A stretch of DNA of 64,000 bases, taken from NCBI GenBank assembly GCA_964016885.1, contig OZ024750.1:15872001-15936000 (forward strand), read 5' to 3'. The first letter of the stretch is position 1, and every line of letters starts with the position of its first letter. The DNA comes from Eledone cirrhosa (Eukaryota). A program made the position numbers and the translations under genes. The notes under the pieces were generated by a model, which worked only from the letters and a program-made list of their open reading frames with translations, was not told where the DNA came from and did not search any database. This document shows positions 13,055 to 27,446 of this stretch, one piece after another.

Positions 13055-13269
13055 GAGGTGTGACACACGAGTTGTGATATATTAGTAAAAAGGAAAAGAA
13101 AATGCTGACAAATTTTTCCCAGTGAAAAATAGTTTAATTAGGAATAAGTATAAATTAGTAATAAGTATTGGTTAGTATTCAGTTTTAGTTTTAAGTTTTT
13201 ACCGGTTGCGCATTTCTAATGCTTTTCAAAAATAATTTTGAGATAGAGCACTCGTGATGTTTGCTCTAA

Positions 13270-13363
<94 letters not shown>

Positions 13364-13807
13364 TACAAAGATCGGAATTAAGAGTATTCCGCAGTTCACT
13401 GTAATAATAATAATAGTATTAGCTCAAAGAAGAATAGAGAATTTTCTTCTGAGCTCAAATGCAAATATATTACACAAAGAGAAGTGTGTTACACAGTGAG
13501 ATATGTGTAAAAAATTATTACAAGTGAGTTTTACCGTTACTGTATAGAGAACAATATCGACAGGTTTAGCAATTAAATAGAAAAAAAACTAAGTCAGAAT
13601 CAAATCTCTGAATTAGAGTTTTAAATTGCCAACCTTATAATCTCTATAAGTTTGCTGATACGAATCTCGCTTCGTTTCACCACTGATATGTGCAGTATAA
13701 CAGTTCACAGGATTCTCAGTCAGCAAATGTGGACACTGTTCACGACACATCTAACCTCTTGGATAGACATCTCACTGTGTAACACACTTCTCTTTGTGTA
13801 ATATGTT

Positions 13808-13860
<53 letters not shown>

Positions 13861-14198
13861 TAAAATATATGATAAATACGAAACGTGTTTGCATTGTAAC
13901 AGACAAAGTTAGCTATTAATTAAAGTGAATACAATTTGTCTGTCTCGATATAAGTTAATAAAGACAAGCTTATATTGGCAACGGCCATGATTCCTGGACA
14001 GATTTAAATTTCAAAATCCAAACCTGTTCCGTAGACGAATTTGAACCTCGAAACCTAAATCCGTTTCGCAACGGTGGTATGTGAATTGAAAAATAAAGAG
14101 AATCGAAATGGAATTGAAATAAAAAGTGAAATATCCAAATCTTCTGTGCTTATCAACAGGAATCCAGTAAAATTAGTACATCTCACATCAAATATATA

Positions 14199-15260
<1,062 letters not shown>

Positions 15261-15634
15261 ATAATGGGGTGTAAAGTACATGTCATCCTTTGATGAAACA
15301 AAAGATGACATGTACTTTACACTTCATGAACACTTCCGTAGACACACCCCCACATTCTTTATATATACACCAACACATTATATCTTTAGGTCAGTTTGAC
15401 ACTGACGAATGCGAGAAAGTTCTCTAGAAAGTTAACCCGGATTTAAAAAAGGCTTTCCACCGAAGTTAACAAAGGACTTATTAGATTAACAAAGTAAAGT
15501 TTTATAAAATTGTAAAATTATAAAATTAAATTGTTATAGAATACCAACTACAAGTGAAGTCACTCTTTTCTTCTTTTCAAATATACCTAACTGTATCAAG
15601 GATCTCACGCATTTTCCAATATATACATATATAC

Positions 15635-15712
<78 letters not shown>

Positions 15713-15799
15713 TTATAAGGTAAACAGAAATAACAACACAATCGGTAGAGTATATGGAGGGAATATATTAGGTTAACGCTTGAAATAGCTGGAAGAGGG

Positions 15800-15835
15800 T
15801 CTTAACGTTTCGGGTTCTAGTCCTTTATCAGAAGA
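15800..15835 (-). ncRNA. Degenerate minimal hammerhead ribozyme motif
   Basis: Minus strand CTGATAA-AGGACTAGAACCC-GAAA-CGT-TA-AGA. G8 is mutated, so it is probably inactive. Confidence 0.45.
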
Positions 15836-16047
15836 AAGAATGAGAAATTAAATAGATTGAGGGGACGGGCGGGGTGGAATTGGAAAAAATGTTTTTAGAT
15901 AAAAGTAACAGGTCCATTCATGTTGCCATCTCTGGAAAACTGTTGATGTTGGCGTTTTGTGTATATGTTTTTTTTAGAAAAGTGATATATATATATATAT
16001 ATGAAAAAGAACACAAGAGCGTCTACAACATCAAAAGATTTTTATTG

Positions 16048-16093
16048 GCTTACAATGTTTCTTCCTTACGTAACCGTAGGATTCGTCAGAGCT
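16048..16093 (-). ncRNA. Minimal type I hammerhead ribozyme motif
   Basis: Minus strand gct-CTGACGA-ATCCTACG-GTTA-CGTAAGGAA-GAAA-CATTG-TA-agc has an intact core, a paired stem II and a 3-bp stem I. Confidence 0.65.
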
Positions 16094-16460
16094 ATAAAAG
16101 GGGTTTGATTGGTGTTATGGACTCTACCAACCAAACATTCAAGAACAAAGAGTAAAGAGAGTAAAGAGCAAAAGTAGGGGACGATAAGTCTAATTTTGGT
16201 GCGGGAGGGTGGGGTGTGGATCCTTGTTTACTAGCTGCGGTCATATTCATTCCCGGGAGTCGGGTGGTTAGCTGAACCATAGATGGGGTGGCGTCGATAG
16301 TATGGTGCAGAGGGTGCGCAGAGGCTACACAAACACAAAGGGCATACAATATATGTGTATATATAGCGGAGGAGAAAGTACATGAGGTAATTAGAAATGG
16401 AAAAAGAGTAACAATAATAATCTATAATTAATAGTGTATAATAAGGCATGGGGAAGATTA

Positions 16461-16497
<37 letters not shown>

Positions 16498-16519
16498 ATT
16501 TGTTACAATTGTGACATAC

Positions 16520-16570
16520 ACAGGTACTTAAATTTCGTTGGGTTATATACCCCAACTCATTCAGTCTGTT
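16520..16570 (-). ncRNA. Hammerhead-like motif with a CUGAAUGA variant core
   Basis: Minus strand acaga-CTGAATGA-GTTGGG-GTATATAA-CCCAAC-GAAA-TTTAAG-TA-cctgt has a perfect 6-bp stem II and lies just 3' of a PLE RT fragment. Confidence 0.6.
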
Positions 16571-16639
16571 ATATAAACAGATAAAAAGGCCCACCAAATC
16601 GAATATATCAGCATTGTCAAATGAACCCACTGACATATA

Positions 16640-16945
16640 GAATAGGCCATTGTTAATTCAGTTTTGGCAGGGTTTTTTGAGCCTGCAAGCTGGTTTATTA
16701 GTGAAGTCATTCTTATGATCCTTAAGTGTAGTATAAGCCTTAGCCTAGCAATCTAACTTGTTGTCTACTTTGAGGATGTAGCTACCTGCTTTGCCTCATC
16801 ATTGATGACATCATAATTAGCTTTTTTATATTTAAACTGTATGGTCTTGTTCAGAAGTTGGTTGTAGGTAGAATGATCAAATTCATAAAGCTTGTTAGTT
16901 TTATCTGATTGGACTCCAAAAATTAAATACGTTCAACGCTATTAC
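16640..16945 (-). mobile_element. Penelope-like RT N-terminal fragment of a second PLE lineage
   Basis: Hand translation SDKTNKLYE..YNQLLNKTI..KYKK...INDEAK...AYTTLKDHKNDFTNKPACRL.NPAKTEL, a PLE RT signature. Confidence 0.8.
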
Positions 16946-16979
16946 CATCATTAATGATGGGACTTGTTCACTAGTTCAC

Positions 16980-17295
16980 AGCATGGTCGAATAGTTAAGA
17001 AGTTCGTTTCGCAATCATTAGGTCTCGGGTTTGATCCCACGGCGTGACATCTTAGGGAAGTGTACTTTATCATAGCTTCGGGTCGACCGATGTCTTGTGA
17101 GTGAAATTGGGTAAACAGAAAATGGTTTAAAAGTCCGTAGACATGACTGTACCTGTAATTCACGCTGAATCTCCCTAAGAATTACGTTATGGGTACGCAT
17201 GTCTGTAATATGCCCAGTCACTTACACGTTAATTTCATGTGCAGGCTCTTCTGTTGATAACAAATGGAACACTCATCGTTGGAACGGACGGAGGT
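16980..17295 (+). mobile_element. Near full-length S2 SINE (tRNA head, CORE-like region, body)
   Basis: gcatggtcgaatagttaag...gggtttgatccc, then gtgacatcttagggaagtg...cttgtgagtgaaattggg and the shared 3' body. Confidence 0.75.
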
Positions 17296-17653
17296 CCATT
17301 ACATTCCACACTAGCCATATATGCTAACGATGCGTAACAGTAGATTGTTAGAAGAATACACCAACCATGGCAGTATTTCTCATAGAGAGTGGAGGGATGT
17401 GGGGAGTGAGAAAAGGGACGGATTAATTCACATGTTAAGTAAAACTAGGATGTATTTTCATAGCCATGATTTTTTAAAAATAAAAGTGCGGTGAACTGGC
17501 AGAGTCGTTAGAACGTCAGTTAGAATGTTTTGGGGTATTGTTCCGGCTCTCCCTACTCTCTGAGTTCAAATCCTGTGGAAGTCAACTTTGCTTTTCATCC
17601 TTTCGAGACCAATAAAAAATATACCAGTTCAGGCACTAGTATTGAATCTCACT

Positions 17654-17703
<50 letters not shown>

Positions 17704-18062
17704 ACTCTGTCTGTCTCTCTCCCTCTGAAAGAAATTGGCTGTGTTTAAAACTAACAAGGGGTGGGCTTCACCAGGTTTAAAATGTCCAAACTCTGCTAAG
17801 AGTATTGCAATCGCTTGTCAGATTACAGAAAATGGTGCACTTTTAGCCTACGGCCAGCCACACGAACCTGTAACAGATCATGATCAAGCAATGCCTATGC
17901 TTTGAAGGTTTTTTAAAGTTTTATTTGTTTCATCCACTAGACTACTGGAGGAACGGCCTTGAAGTGTAGTCGATCATATTGACCCCAGTATTTTTTGGAT
18001 CACCCTTTTTGTCGAACCGCTTGGTTACGAAACACACACACACACAGACACACACACACACA

Positions 18063-18119
<57 letters not shown>

Positions 18120-18185
18120 ACACACACACACATATATAATATATATATATATAGAAGTGGTAACACAACAGTTAGTTCACCATAC

Positions 18186-18223
18186 CGAGAACAATTGTTT
18201 CACCTTAGCGGATCTTCAGCCCG
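18186..18223 (-). ncRNA. Minimal type I hammerhead ribozyme motif in a PLE-like fragment
   Basis: Minus strand CGGG-CTGAAGA-TCC-GCTAA-GGT-GAAA-CAATTG-TT-CTCG has a 4-bp stem I, a palindromic stem III and a U-U opposition at the base of stem II. Confidence 0.65.
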
Positions 18224-18373
18224 TACTGCTGAAAATCCGCTCGTACGAGCTGTCATGCCGTCTAACGAATGTTATAACTCTGAGACTCCTCATCGAGTGC
18301 TTCGCAGCACATTCCTCGTTGTATCTCGTTGGCTTGGCTACAGCCGAAGCTTCGATTTTACCAAACTTTCATT

Positions 18374-18404
<31 letters not shown>

Positions 18405-18997
18405 ACACATATATACTATATTGTATATATGTTGTCCAGCTTGGTACCTGTGTCGCAACTCATATACTACAAATTAGATATTATTATACACTATATATGA
18501 TGTTACCCAGGGAAACGACAAAAGCGGATATCGATTGATGTTGTTTGGTTGAATAGACAGGAACAATGTGAAATAAAATATCTTGCTCAAGGAAACAATG
18601 CGCTGCTCAGTCAGGGAATCGAACTCACGAACTATCATCGTATGCCCAGATTCTTAACCACTATTCCACGCATCCTCACCCCCCAACTAAGAAGCCATAA
18701 AAAAAAATATCAATTGACAGAACTAACAAAATGAACAATGAAAGACAACAAAGAAACAAAACGCAGGCGAAACGAGAAAAAGCGAGAAATCGCGATAACG
18801 ACTTCAGCTTCTTACAGCATGGAAACAATGGCGGTGTTTTATATCGATTTGAGAAATGTATGTTGTATGTGTGTGAGAGAGGTGTTTTGGTTGATTTATG
18901 TAATATCTGGCAGAATACTAACTGGAAAGGTTGTTTTGGCAAATTGACTCAAATCTCTGGATTTGTGAATATGTTCTCGCATCCCTATTACACAGAT

Positions 18998-19186
18998 TAA
19001 TTGTTTCTACTTTAGGCACAAGGCCAGCAATTACCCAGTGCATTACTGGTACTTTATTTTATCGACCTCGTAAGGATGAAAGGTAAAGTAAACCTCGGCG
19101 GGATTTGAACTCAGGCCGTAAAGGGACGTAACTATGCTGGAAAGCATGGCGTCCGACCCTCTACCGATACTGCCAATCCACCGCCC
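18998..19186 (-). mobile_element. Full-length monomeric S1 SINE
   Basis: High identity to the 436-1168 units. attacacagattaa occurs on both sides (~18987 and ~19188) as a likely TSD. Further copies lie at ~6652, 32018, 33000, 33344, 49962 and 60140-60515. Confidence 0.9.
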
Positions 19187-19211
19187 CATTACACAGATTA
19201 ATGGTATTAAA

Positions 19212-19269
<58 letters not shown>

Positions 19270-19271
19270 AT

Positions 19272-19308
<37 letters not shown>

Positions 19309-19310
19309 AT

Positions 19311-19343
<33 letters not shown>

Positions 19344-19501
19344 ATTATATATATGTATATATATATATGTAGGAGGTGAGTTTTATTGTAGTACAATAAA
19401 GCAATGCAAATATCGGATAAGTAGCACTCTACAGTTTGTAGGACTGGAGTATAAATAATATAAGATTATAAAATACTTGGAACTTTTTAGACCATCTTTT
19501 G

Positions 19502-19540
<39 letters not shown>

Positions 19541-19561
19541 CTTGTGTGTGTGCATTATATA

Positions 19562-19655
<94 letters not shown>

Positions 19656-20031
19656 TGTGTGTATATATTTGTATGTATATATATATATGTGTATATATAT
19701 ATGTGCGTGTGTATATATATATACATATATATATATGTGCATATATATAGATATATACATACATACATTATTATATATATATACCATTTATATTAGGTTG
19801 TTTACCTATTGGTTGAACTGGTGATTCCGGTGAGTAAACGATGATGTAATAAATTAAAGCACTTGCGTTATACACACACACGCACGCGCGCGCAGTCTTT
19901 TCGCTTTTTTACGCGAATTTGCTTTTACGCGCCGCGTTCACGAACGCATCTTCGTGTAAGAAGCGAACACACAGTAGACACACACACATATATTTATATA
20001 CCCCTCCCCCCACAAACACACATACACACAC

Positions 20032-20147
<116 letters not shown>

Positions 20148-20274
20148 AGAACATCTTTTGTTCTTATATACAAACTGTAGAGTGCTTCTTATCCGATATC
20201 TGCATTGCTTTATTGTACTACAATAAAACTCACCTCCTACATATGCTTTTTGTTCTCTGCTTACTTTTTAAAAA

Positions 20275-20351
<77 letters not shown>

Positions 20352-20559
20352 TAACAGATTAAAGTTTAAGCAAAGAATCCCTGCTTTCACCCTTAATAAC
20401 AGATTAAAGCAACGATTCTTTGCTTAAACTTTAATCTGTTATTTTAATAAATATTTGCTCTAGGGTTCTTATATTTGATATATATTTATCCTTATCGAGC
20501 CCTCTTTGGATTTTAGTCTTCACATTTATTATTATTACTATATATATACTGAGAAAAAT

Positions 20560-20835
20560 ACGAGAAGACACGAACATTCAATCACTTTCCACAACGAGGG
20601 GCGCTGGAGTTTCTTGTTAATCATATTTTAGGTAAACCACCACGCTTACAGCATTACCATAGGTGATAGCGAGGCTAAGACGCTGGAATAACCAAGCATC
20701 CTGGGGAGCATCATCTCATATGCCGGTAAAAGGAGCCAGCAACGATGATAAGAACTTCGTGGTCAGCGGCACTGCTTTCTCAAATGTTTTGAATGTTGCC
20801 GGTTGAAAAAAGTAGTTTGCCGATAATTTCTGGGG
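20560..20835 (-). mobile_element. Degenerate CRE-like (restriction-like endonuclease) non-LTR element, 3' end
   Basis: Hand translation LSANYFFQPATFKTF...AWLFQRLSLAITYGNAVSV is homologous to 37296-37514. Confidence 0.65.
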
Positions 20836-21560
20836 TTTCTTTTTTTTTTTGTTCATTGCTTTTTTTAATTGTTTTTTTTTAGAACTGTATTCCGTTCAGT
20901 TACAGATGGCGTGATCTTCCCCTTTGACTTTTACATGAGATATATAAAAAAAATCCCTTTTTTTTTCTAAAAAAAAATAGGGAATGACTTAGATATGAGA
21001 TCAACCTTTATACGAATATACACCGTAATTGTTGACATTGCCAGTTCATGTCCTTTCGCAAAATATCAGATGTATGTTGTTTCCTGGTCCTAGTAGACAG
21101 ATTTACAGATACATTTATTACCCACTGAGGATTGTGAGCGAGATGTACTTAAAGAGCTAATCCAACATTACTATCTCATGTCATTTCACAGAAAATGAGA
21201 AGGATGTTGCTTTCGTGGTCTCAGGAGACATAATTTTGAATATGTTACCTCTAGAAGGGAGGTGTGTTAAAAAAAAGTCAGTCCACACTCCCTTCTCATC
21301 ACAAATAGCAGATAGACCTTGCTTCGTGGTCCCAGTGAACAGAATTGTGAATGTATAACTACAGAAGATAGCGAGTGAGATGTGCTGATGGCGAAAACAT
21401 AGCCACGAACAACAGGCAGTAACACTTGCTACATAATAATATTTGTTTCTGTGTGCGCATGCGTACTTTTCATTGTACGCTACAATGACAGTAAATAATA
21501 AATATGGACTTTATGTTTACTCGCAGATAGTTCTCATCCTCTCCGTTTTGCTTTATATAA

Positions 21561-21599
<39 letters not shown>

Positions 21600-21767
21600 T
21601 CTCTCTCTACTCTACTCTGCTCTTGGCCACTGTGTTTTTTCTCCTCATCTCTCCTCTTTCTCTCAATCTATGTATCTCTCGTATGTCATCACCTGCCTTC
21701 CTACCCCCTCTCTCTGCATTTACTGTGTGTCATCCCTCATTCCTTATCTAAATATCTATCTATATAA

Positions 21768-21803
<36 letters not shown>

Positions 21804-21816
21804 TTATCTATCTATT

Positions 21817-22132
21817 GTTTTTATGAAAGGTATTTGAAAGTGGCGAGAATGTCCCGTGTGAATGGGCCTTCTCTTTACATCAGCCTGTAGGTGGAAAAGA
21901 GGAAGGAACGAAGGAGCACCCTCTCTCTGTGCTCCTGAGGAGAAGGGGTTGCACACTTTTTGGGGGGATGTGTGCGACCCCCCCCCCCCCCCCAAACGCC
22001 CCCTCCCTATTGAAGACTTTATTGTTAATTTTATATTTGTTATTTGTTTTCTTTACTCGCCTTTTTGTGTAAACTCCCCCCCATTGTATTTGTCCCACTT
22101 TTTGATGCCCTGGTGGCAAATAAAAAGAAACA

Positions 22133-22219
<87 letters not shown>

Positions 22220-23244
22220 TAGCCGATTCAATTGACCGCCGAGTCCGTGATGACAATCAAACCGCTTCCCCTCTTCACAAAGGAAGCAAAGGCGGTTTTT
22301 CTGTGCGCAATAGCCATGTTGAAAGAGGTTGTTTGGTGGACACGATTGAAAGGTCTGAGGTCAGGCAACTTCCTCTCTGGCCATAGTCTGGTCTACTTCT
22401 TCCGATATCACTTCGGAAGAAGGATAAGAATGGAGAGAGAGGTGCTTGGCCACAGGCAGTTTTATGAAAGGTGGGTGATAGTGGCGAGAATGGCTCGTGT
22501 AAATGGACCTTCTCTGTATACCATCCTGTAGGTAAAGAAGTGAAGGAGAGGGGAGCACCTTCTCCATGTGCTCCCCGGGCAAAGGATTGCACACTTTTTC
22601 GGGGGTGTGTGCAACCCCCATCACGTCCCCTCCCTTTTGAGGTTATTTTCGATTATTTTCATTTTATACCCTTTTTACTCGATTGTATGTAAACTCCCCC
22701 TTTGTATTTGTCCCTTCTTTTATGCCTTTATGGTAAATAAAGAAATATATCTATCTATCTATCTATCTATCTATTTGCCTGTCTGATTATCTATATCTAT
22801 TTATCTGCTTGTCTGTCTGTCTATCTATCTATCTATCTACCCCCCCCCCCCCCCTTTGTATTTGTCCCCTTCTTTTGTGCCCCTGTGGCTAATAAAGAAA
22901 TATATCTATCTATCTATCATTAGTACATTTACTGAAAGGTGGGTGAATGAAGCAAAAATGGCCCGAGTGATTGGGCCTTCTCTGTATATAAACCTGTAGG
23001 TTGAAGAAGAGAGCAAAAGGAAGAAAGGAGTACCTACTTGCACAACACGCTCCTGAAGTTGAGGGTTGTTCTATCTACGGGGTATTAAACAACCCATTTG
23101 TAACGCCTCCCCCCTATTGGGGATTTCGATTGTTGAATTTGTTTGTTAAAATTTTTCTTTTTACACGATTGTATGTAAAATCCCCGGCATATGTCCTTGT
23201 ATTGTCCCCTTTTCTTGTGCGCCCTTGTGGCAAATAAAGAAATA
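21817..23244 (+). mobile_element. Four stacked 5'-truncated Tx1-like insertions in a (TATC)n array (~21817-22132, 22221-22747, 22840-22902, 22925-23244)
   Basis: Shared C-terminus ([11 protein letters not shown]...[19 protein letters not shown]) and 3' UTR ending ttgtccc...ggcaaataaagaaa, each followed by (TATC)n. Confidence 0.88.
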
Positions 23245-23306
23245 TATCTATCTGTCTATCTAGTTATCAATCTATCTGTCTATCTATCTTTCCGTCTGAC
23301 TGTTTG

Positions 23307-23387
<81 letters not shown>

Positions 23388-24289
23388 GGTCCCGAGTTCG
23401 ATCGCACTGCGTGAAATCTTAGACAACTGAGTTTCCTTGAGTTTTTTTTTTTGCCTGCTAAGTGACATTGGGAAGACGGAAACTGTTTGGAAGCCCGCCA
23501 GATGAATTGTACCAGTAATTCAAATGGCTAGCCTTGTCACACACTATATTTATGTTGAGTCTTCCTGAGAATTACATTAAAGGTACACATATTCGCGGAA
23601 TATCCAGACACTTTTACTATAACACTAGATGGCCTTTACATGTAATTGACACACTGTGTCACATTGATTCTCCCTGAGAATTACGCTAAAATTACACGTG
23701 ACTAAGGAATACTCAGCCACTTACATTGGACTATACCTGTAATTCAAATGTTCTGCCTTGTCACACAAGATGTCACGCTGAATCTCCCTGAGAACTACGT
23801 TAAGGGTACTCGTGTCTTTGGAATGCTCAACCACTTGCATGTTTATTTCACAAGCAGGTTGTTCCGTTGATCGTACGTATTAAGTGGAACACTCGTCGTC
23901 GTAACCGACGGAGTGTCTGTTATAGTGAATTGGATTAAACACCTTGGTATTTGTTGCGGCTATCAGCGCTCTGAGTTTAAATCCTATCGTCTTAAATGTT
24001 TTCCTCTTTTTGGGGTCAGTAAATAAAGTGTTAGTCCATGGGACAGTGAATTGGCGAATTAGTTGCTGAAGTGTAGGACTGGATGCATTGCAATACCTGA
24101 TCTGGCTCTGTGAATTCTGAGTTCAAATCCCTACTCCTTTTGTCCGGTGTTTTGACCGGGAGATAGTCCCAGTAATGGAAAGACCAATGGACACATTGTT
24201 TCCGTTGTCTGATCTGATAATCAACTCCTTCTTCTGTCAGGAGTTGCGTTTGATAGCTAGTACCAGCCATGGAAAGACCAATGGAAACT

Positions 24290-24680
24290 ATATACATGTG
24301 GCACACTTCTAGTGCCCCTTCAATATAATTGCGGCACGCACATCTGTGTACCACTCAATATAGGCGCGGCATAACTCTACTTCAAATATCCCTTCAATGT
24401 ACCTGCGGCACACATCTGGATCCCTTTCACTATACATGCGGCACACATCTAGAAATCTTGAATATGAATACGGCACACTGCTAGATGCATTTCAAATGAC
24501 TGCGGCACGCAGCTAGATCCTCTTCAATATACATGCGGCACACATCTGGCTACCCTTCAATATACGGGCGGCACACAGACCTTGATCGTTATTAATATCC
24601 ATGCGACACACACCTGGATGCTCCTCGATATATATATGGCACGCATTTTGCTCCCCTTCAATGTTCATGCGGCACATCTC
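24290..24680. repeat. Diverged ~40-bp minisatellite, about 10 units
   Basis: Recurrent ccttcaatatacatgcggcacacatct(a/g)ga. Confidence 0.85.
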
Positions 24681-24741
24681 AAATGAGCATAGAGTTTTTC
24701 TTCCTTTTCTTTTCCCCCAAATTTGATTGAAACAATATCAA

Positions 24742-24812
24742 TGACGTCACTGGTTCCTGACCAATCAAAAAATTGCTCTCGATCTGAGATAGAGACTTTG
24801 CCATAGTTACCG
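24742..24812. promoter_or_regulatory. Possible promoter or enhancer motif cluster: CRE, CCAAT and RFX-like box
   Basis: tgacgtca, gaccaatca and ttgccatagttac within ~70 bp. No linked exon was identified. Confidence 0.35.
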
Positions 24813-24862
24813 TAGAGAATGTTCACTGCTTGGAAAGCAGCAATATTTAAACTAGCGTTAAT

Positions 24863-25388
24863 ATGTATGTCTGTATGTATGTATGTATGTCTGTATGTCT
24901 GTATGTATGTATGTCTGTATGTATGTCTGTATGTATGTATGTATGTCTGTATGTCTGTATGTCTGTATGTATGTATGTCTGTATGTATGTATGTATGTAT
25001 GTATGTATGTATGTATGTATGTCTGTCTGTATGTATGTATGTCTGTATGTCTGTATGTATGTATGTATGTCTGTATGTATGTATGTATGTATGTATGTCT
25101 GTATGTATGTATGTATGTATGTCTGTATGTCTGTATGTCTGTATGTATGTCTGTATGTATGTATGTATGTATGTCTGTCTGTATGTCTGTATGTATGTCT
25201 GTATGTCTGTATGTATGTATGTATGTATGTATGTATGTATGTATGTATGTATGTATGTATGTCTGTATGTATGTATGTATGTCTGTATGTATGTATGTCT
25301 GTATGTATGTATGTCTGTATGTATGTATGTATGTATGTATGTATGTATGTATGTATGTATGTATGTATGTATGTGTGTATGTATGTAT
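24863..25388. repeat. (TATG/TCTG)n compound tetranucleotide microsatellite
   Basis: Direct reading; it is the source of the MYVC/HTYI pseudo-ORFs. Confidence 0.98.
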
Positions 25389-25476
25389 TTATGTTTACGT
25401 GTGTGTCTGTGTTTATCACACGTAAATTAGCAGTTCGACAAAAAAGAGGTCGAAAAAGTATGCACTCTCTCTCACA

Positions 25477-25537
<61 letters not shown>

Positions 25538-26019
25538 ACACACACACACACACACACTCTCTCTCTCTCTCTCTCTCTCTCCCCCCCCCCCGCTGAAAAA
25601 AAAAATCGGTCGTGTTCAGATCTAGAGACTAGATGGGCTGAACCAGGTTTAAAAAATATGTACAAGAAACACCAATAGTTACTACAACGCCCACACGACA
25701 CTGCCATATATAAAAAGACACAAACAGCAAACGATACAAACCCACACACACACATAAAAACACATACACACACAAACACACACACAGGCGCAGGCGCAAA
25801 CGCATGCAAAAAAAAAACAAGCAAGGCCAAGATGGATGGAGTAGAAGTTTAAGACCAGGAAAAAGAGGAGCCACAAAACAGATAATCATTGAGTAGGTCA
25901 CAGAGTGTGTGACGAAAGCACTTTGATAAACAAATGAATAGCAAACGATAAATATAAAGTGAAAATTATATGGTGCGTGTTTCTTTCTGTTGGCAATATT
26001 AGCAACATGACCATTCCCC

Positions 26020-26185
26020 AAAAGAGTCAGGACCCGGCGGCTGAGCTCCGGCCGTTTCGAAACGGCCAGAGCTCAGCCGTCGGGGTCCTGACTCTTTTCC
26101 TATTACCCACTCTACTACCCATAGTATCGAGTACTCTGGTGCGTTACGGTCCACCTGGTTCCTTACTACCACACTTCCTTCGTTA
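26020..26185 (+). mobile_element. PLE-like terminal fragment (family B) with a loopless 5' fold-back
   Basis: Palindrome of ~39-bp arms centred on ttcgaa (26056-26061), then an unpaired tail ending ttccttcgtt(TA)n. Other copies lie at ~4188, 28887, 29609, 36141 and 48547. Confidence 0.6.
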
Positions 26186-26284
26186 TATATATATATATAT
26201 ATACTACCAAATCAACTTTTCAAATGCAAGTCGATGTTGAAAGGGTATGTCGAATCTATCTATTTATAAGACTGTTTATATTGT

Positions 26285-26350
26285 ATTTTGTCTGAAGAAG
26301 GCATAACATATTTTTAATATGATATCCCTGAAATATATATAATGAAATAA
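26285..26350 (+). ncRNA. Minimal hammerhead ribozyme motif (family D terminus)
   Basis: CTGAAGA-AGGCATAACATATT-TTT-AATATGATATCCCT-GAAA-TATA-TA has 12 of 14 stem II pairs and a palindromic stem III. Confidence 0.6.
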
Positions 26351-26389
26351 ATATGGTTTTATAAATATAATTTCCATTTATTTAATATC

Positions 26390-26455
<66 letters not shown>

Positions 26456-26472
26456 CATATATATATATATAA

Positions 26473-26571
<99 letters not shown>

Positions 26572-26671
26572 AGTTCGGAATATCAGAAAACAAAAAAAAA
26601 ACAGACAAACGCAGGAGTAAATGTTACAAATATTATTAGTTTCATGCTTAGTAAGAGTGGGGGCGTGGTTG

Positions 26672-26702
26672 CGACGTTTCGGACATAAGCCCTTCATCAG
26701 GA
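26672..26702 (-). ncRNA. Minimal hammerhead ribozyme motif, canonical PLE type
   Basis: Minus strand CTGATGA-A-GGGC-TTAT-GTCC-GAAA-CG-TC has an intact core and an ACGU palindromic stem III, but a weak stem I. Confidence 0.65.
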
Positions 26703-26870
26703 GAGTGTGTGTGTGGGGGGGGGGCGAGAAGGAGTGAGGCGGTGAGTTAGCGACAAAAAAGTGATAAAAATAAAACATGAAGTGGAAATTAAAGTTAAAA
26801 TAAAAGATATATAAAAAAAAAGTGAGAGGCGTGTATGGATGGAGCGGGCACAGGTGTGGTGGTGAGTGAT

Positions 26871-26954
<84 letters not shown>

Positions 26955-26958
<4 letters not shown>

Positions 26959-27187
26959 GAGTTAAACAAGATTCAATGAGTACATCAAAGAATGAGTTTT
27001 ACAATAGATTGGAAGCACTCTACAAAAAATATTTTCCAGAGTTATTAATATTAATTCCAAATATTAAAAAAATAGATATTCTTGTGATCAATTATATTTT
27101 ATTATACATATTTCAGAGGTACTGAATTAAGTTAAACAGTACGTCCTCATCAGCTAAAATAAAATGATACATGACAAACCCTGACAT
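26955..27187 (-). mobile_element. PLE-like terminal repeat (family E) with a hammerhead core
   Basis: Homologous to the 30991-31471 arms. Minus strand CTGATGA-GGACGTACTG...CAGTACCTCT-GAAA-TATG-TA. Confidence 0.7.
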
Positions 27188-27402
27188 GTGTATGTGTGTG
27201 TGTCTGTGTGTGTAGACACACAGATATATTTAATTTGAAGGTACCAGGCTTGAAAACATTAGTACTGATGACGATATAATTTGATTGGCTAAATCAAGGC
27301 AGTGCCCCAGCATGGACGCAGTCTGTCTGAAACCAGTAAAACGACAGAAAAATTCTATAATATATGGAATAGGCAGTCCAGTCCCCCCCCCCTCTTTCTC
27401 AC

Positions 27403-27446
<44 letters not shown>

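Noticed and set aside
15390-15440. ctgacga...gaaa as a further hammerhead
   Set aside because: The base of stem II is unpaired and no UH follows the GTTAAC palindrome, so it is too degenerate to count.
24290-24680. 40-bp repeats as a possible CRISPR or binding-site array
   Set aside because: Contiguous degenerate units without unique spacers, so an ordinary minisatellite.
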